From Spirochaetota bacterium (GTDB lineage Bacteria; Spirochaetota; UBA4802; JAFGDQ01): a DNA stretch of 28,103 bases. A program made the translations under genes and the position numbers. A model generated the notes under the pieces. It was not told the origin of the DNA. It ran no database searches and saw only the letters and a list, made by a program, of their open reading frames with translations. Below, piece after piece: positions 27,959-28,103 of this stretch. The DNA is taken from positions 1-28,103 of the forward strand of contig JAZDKB010000049.1 of the NCBI GenBank assembly GCA_043803405.1, in the 5' to 3' direction. Positions within the stretch are counted from its first letter, which is position 1. The number at the start of each line of letters is the position of its first letter.

Positions 27959-28103
27959 TTGTATGATATTTACACTCTTCTTCTTTTTGCTTTGCTCGTT
28001 CTTTACGCGAATGTTTTAAATGCGACGTATTCTTTGTTATGTCCTTCTACTTTTTCACTTTGCTTTCTATTGTGAGCTATTCCTTATTTATCGTATTACT
28101 TCG
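27959..28103. repeat. 145-bp non-coding leader repeat (copy B), continuing past the window edge
   Basis: Ungapped similarity to 23393..23537. Confidence 0.9.

Noticed and set aside
22729..27966. Three mutually similar plus-strand ORFs (22729..23400, 25081..25662, 27358..27966)
   Set aside because: They are similar only because they are antisense to the repeated Rhs core; no RBS or recognisable domain.
15849..28103. Classical integron (attC) or CRISPR array
   Set aside because: No integrase or cas genes. I found no RYYYAAC...GTTRRRY-bounded attC pattern and no short regularly spaced repeats.

Overview
Bacterial window, probably from a Spirochaetota member. This is inferred from the spirochaete-style lipoboxes, the multi-TM dCache chemoreceptor and the 'LPGxGGVFN' type of Rhs core. 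The left ~15.8 kb is housekeeping and sensory: two methyl-accepting chemotaxis proteins flanking a TetR regulator, an adenosine deaminase, a small EF-hand protein, and a complete 9-gene V/A-type ATP synthase operon on the minus strand. The right ~12.3 kb is an AT-rich accessory island. It holds a run of lipoprotein and OMP genes, several gene remnants (a possible DUF819 tail, an Rhs toxin tail, and a frameshifted RloC-like AAA/HEPN tail), a DUF2281-MazF toxin-antitoxin pair, and a tandem array of three 5'-truncated (orphan) Rhs toxin-immunity cassettes. The toxin tips are a LAS/M15-type Zn peptidase, an unrecognised domain and a papain-like (NlpC/P60/CHAP) domain. The cassettes are separated by a conserved, strongly structured ~250-bp non-coding repeat, and two of them also carry a 145-bp leader. 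The most unusual observation is that the immunity-position gene of the middle cassette looks like a catalytically dead class III adenylate/guanylate cyclase domain. All protein-family calls come from motif reading by eye; no searches were run.
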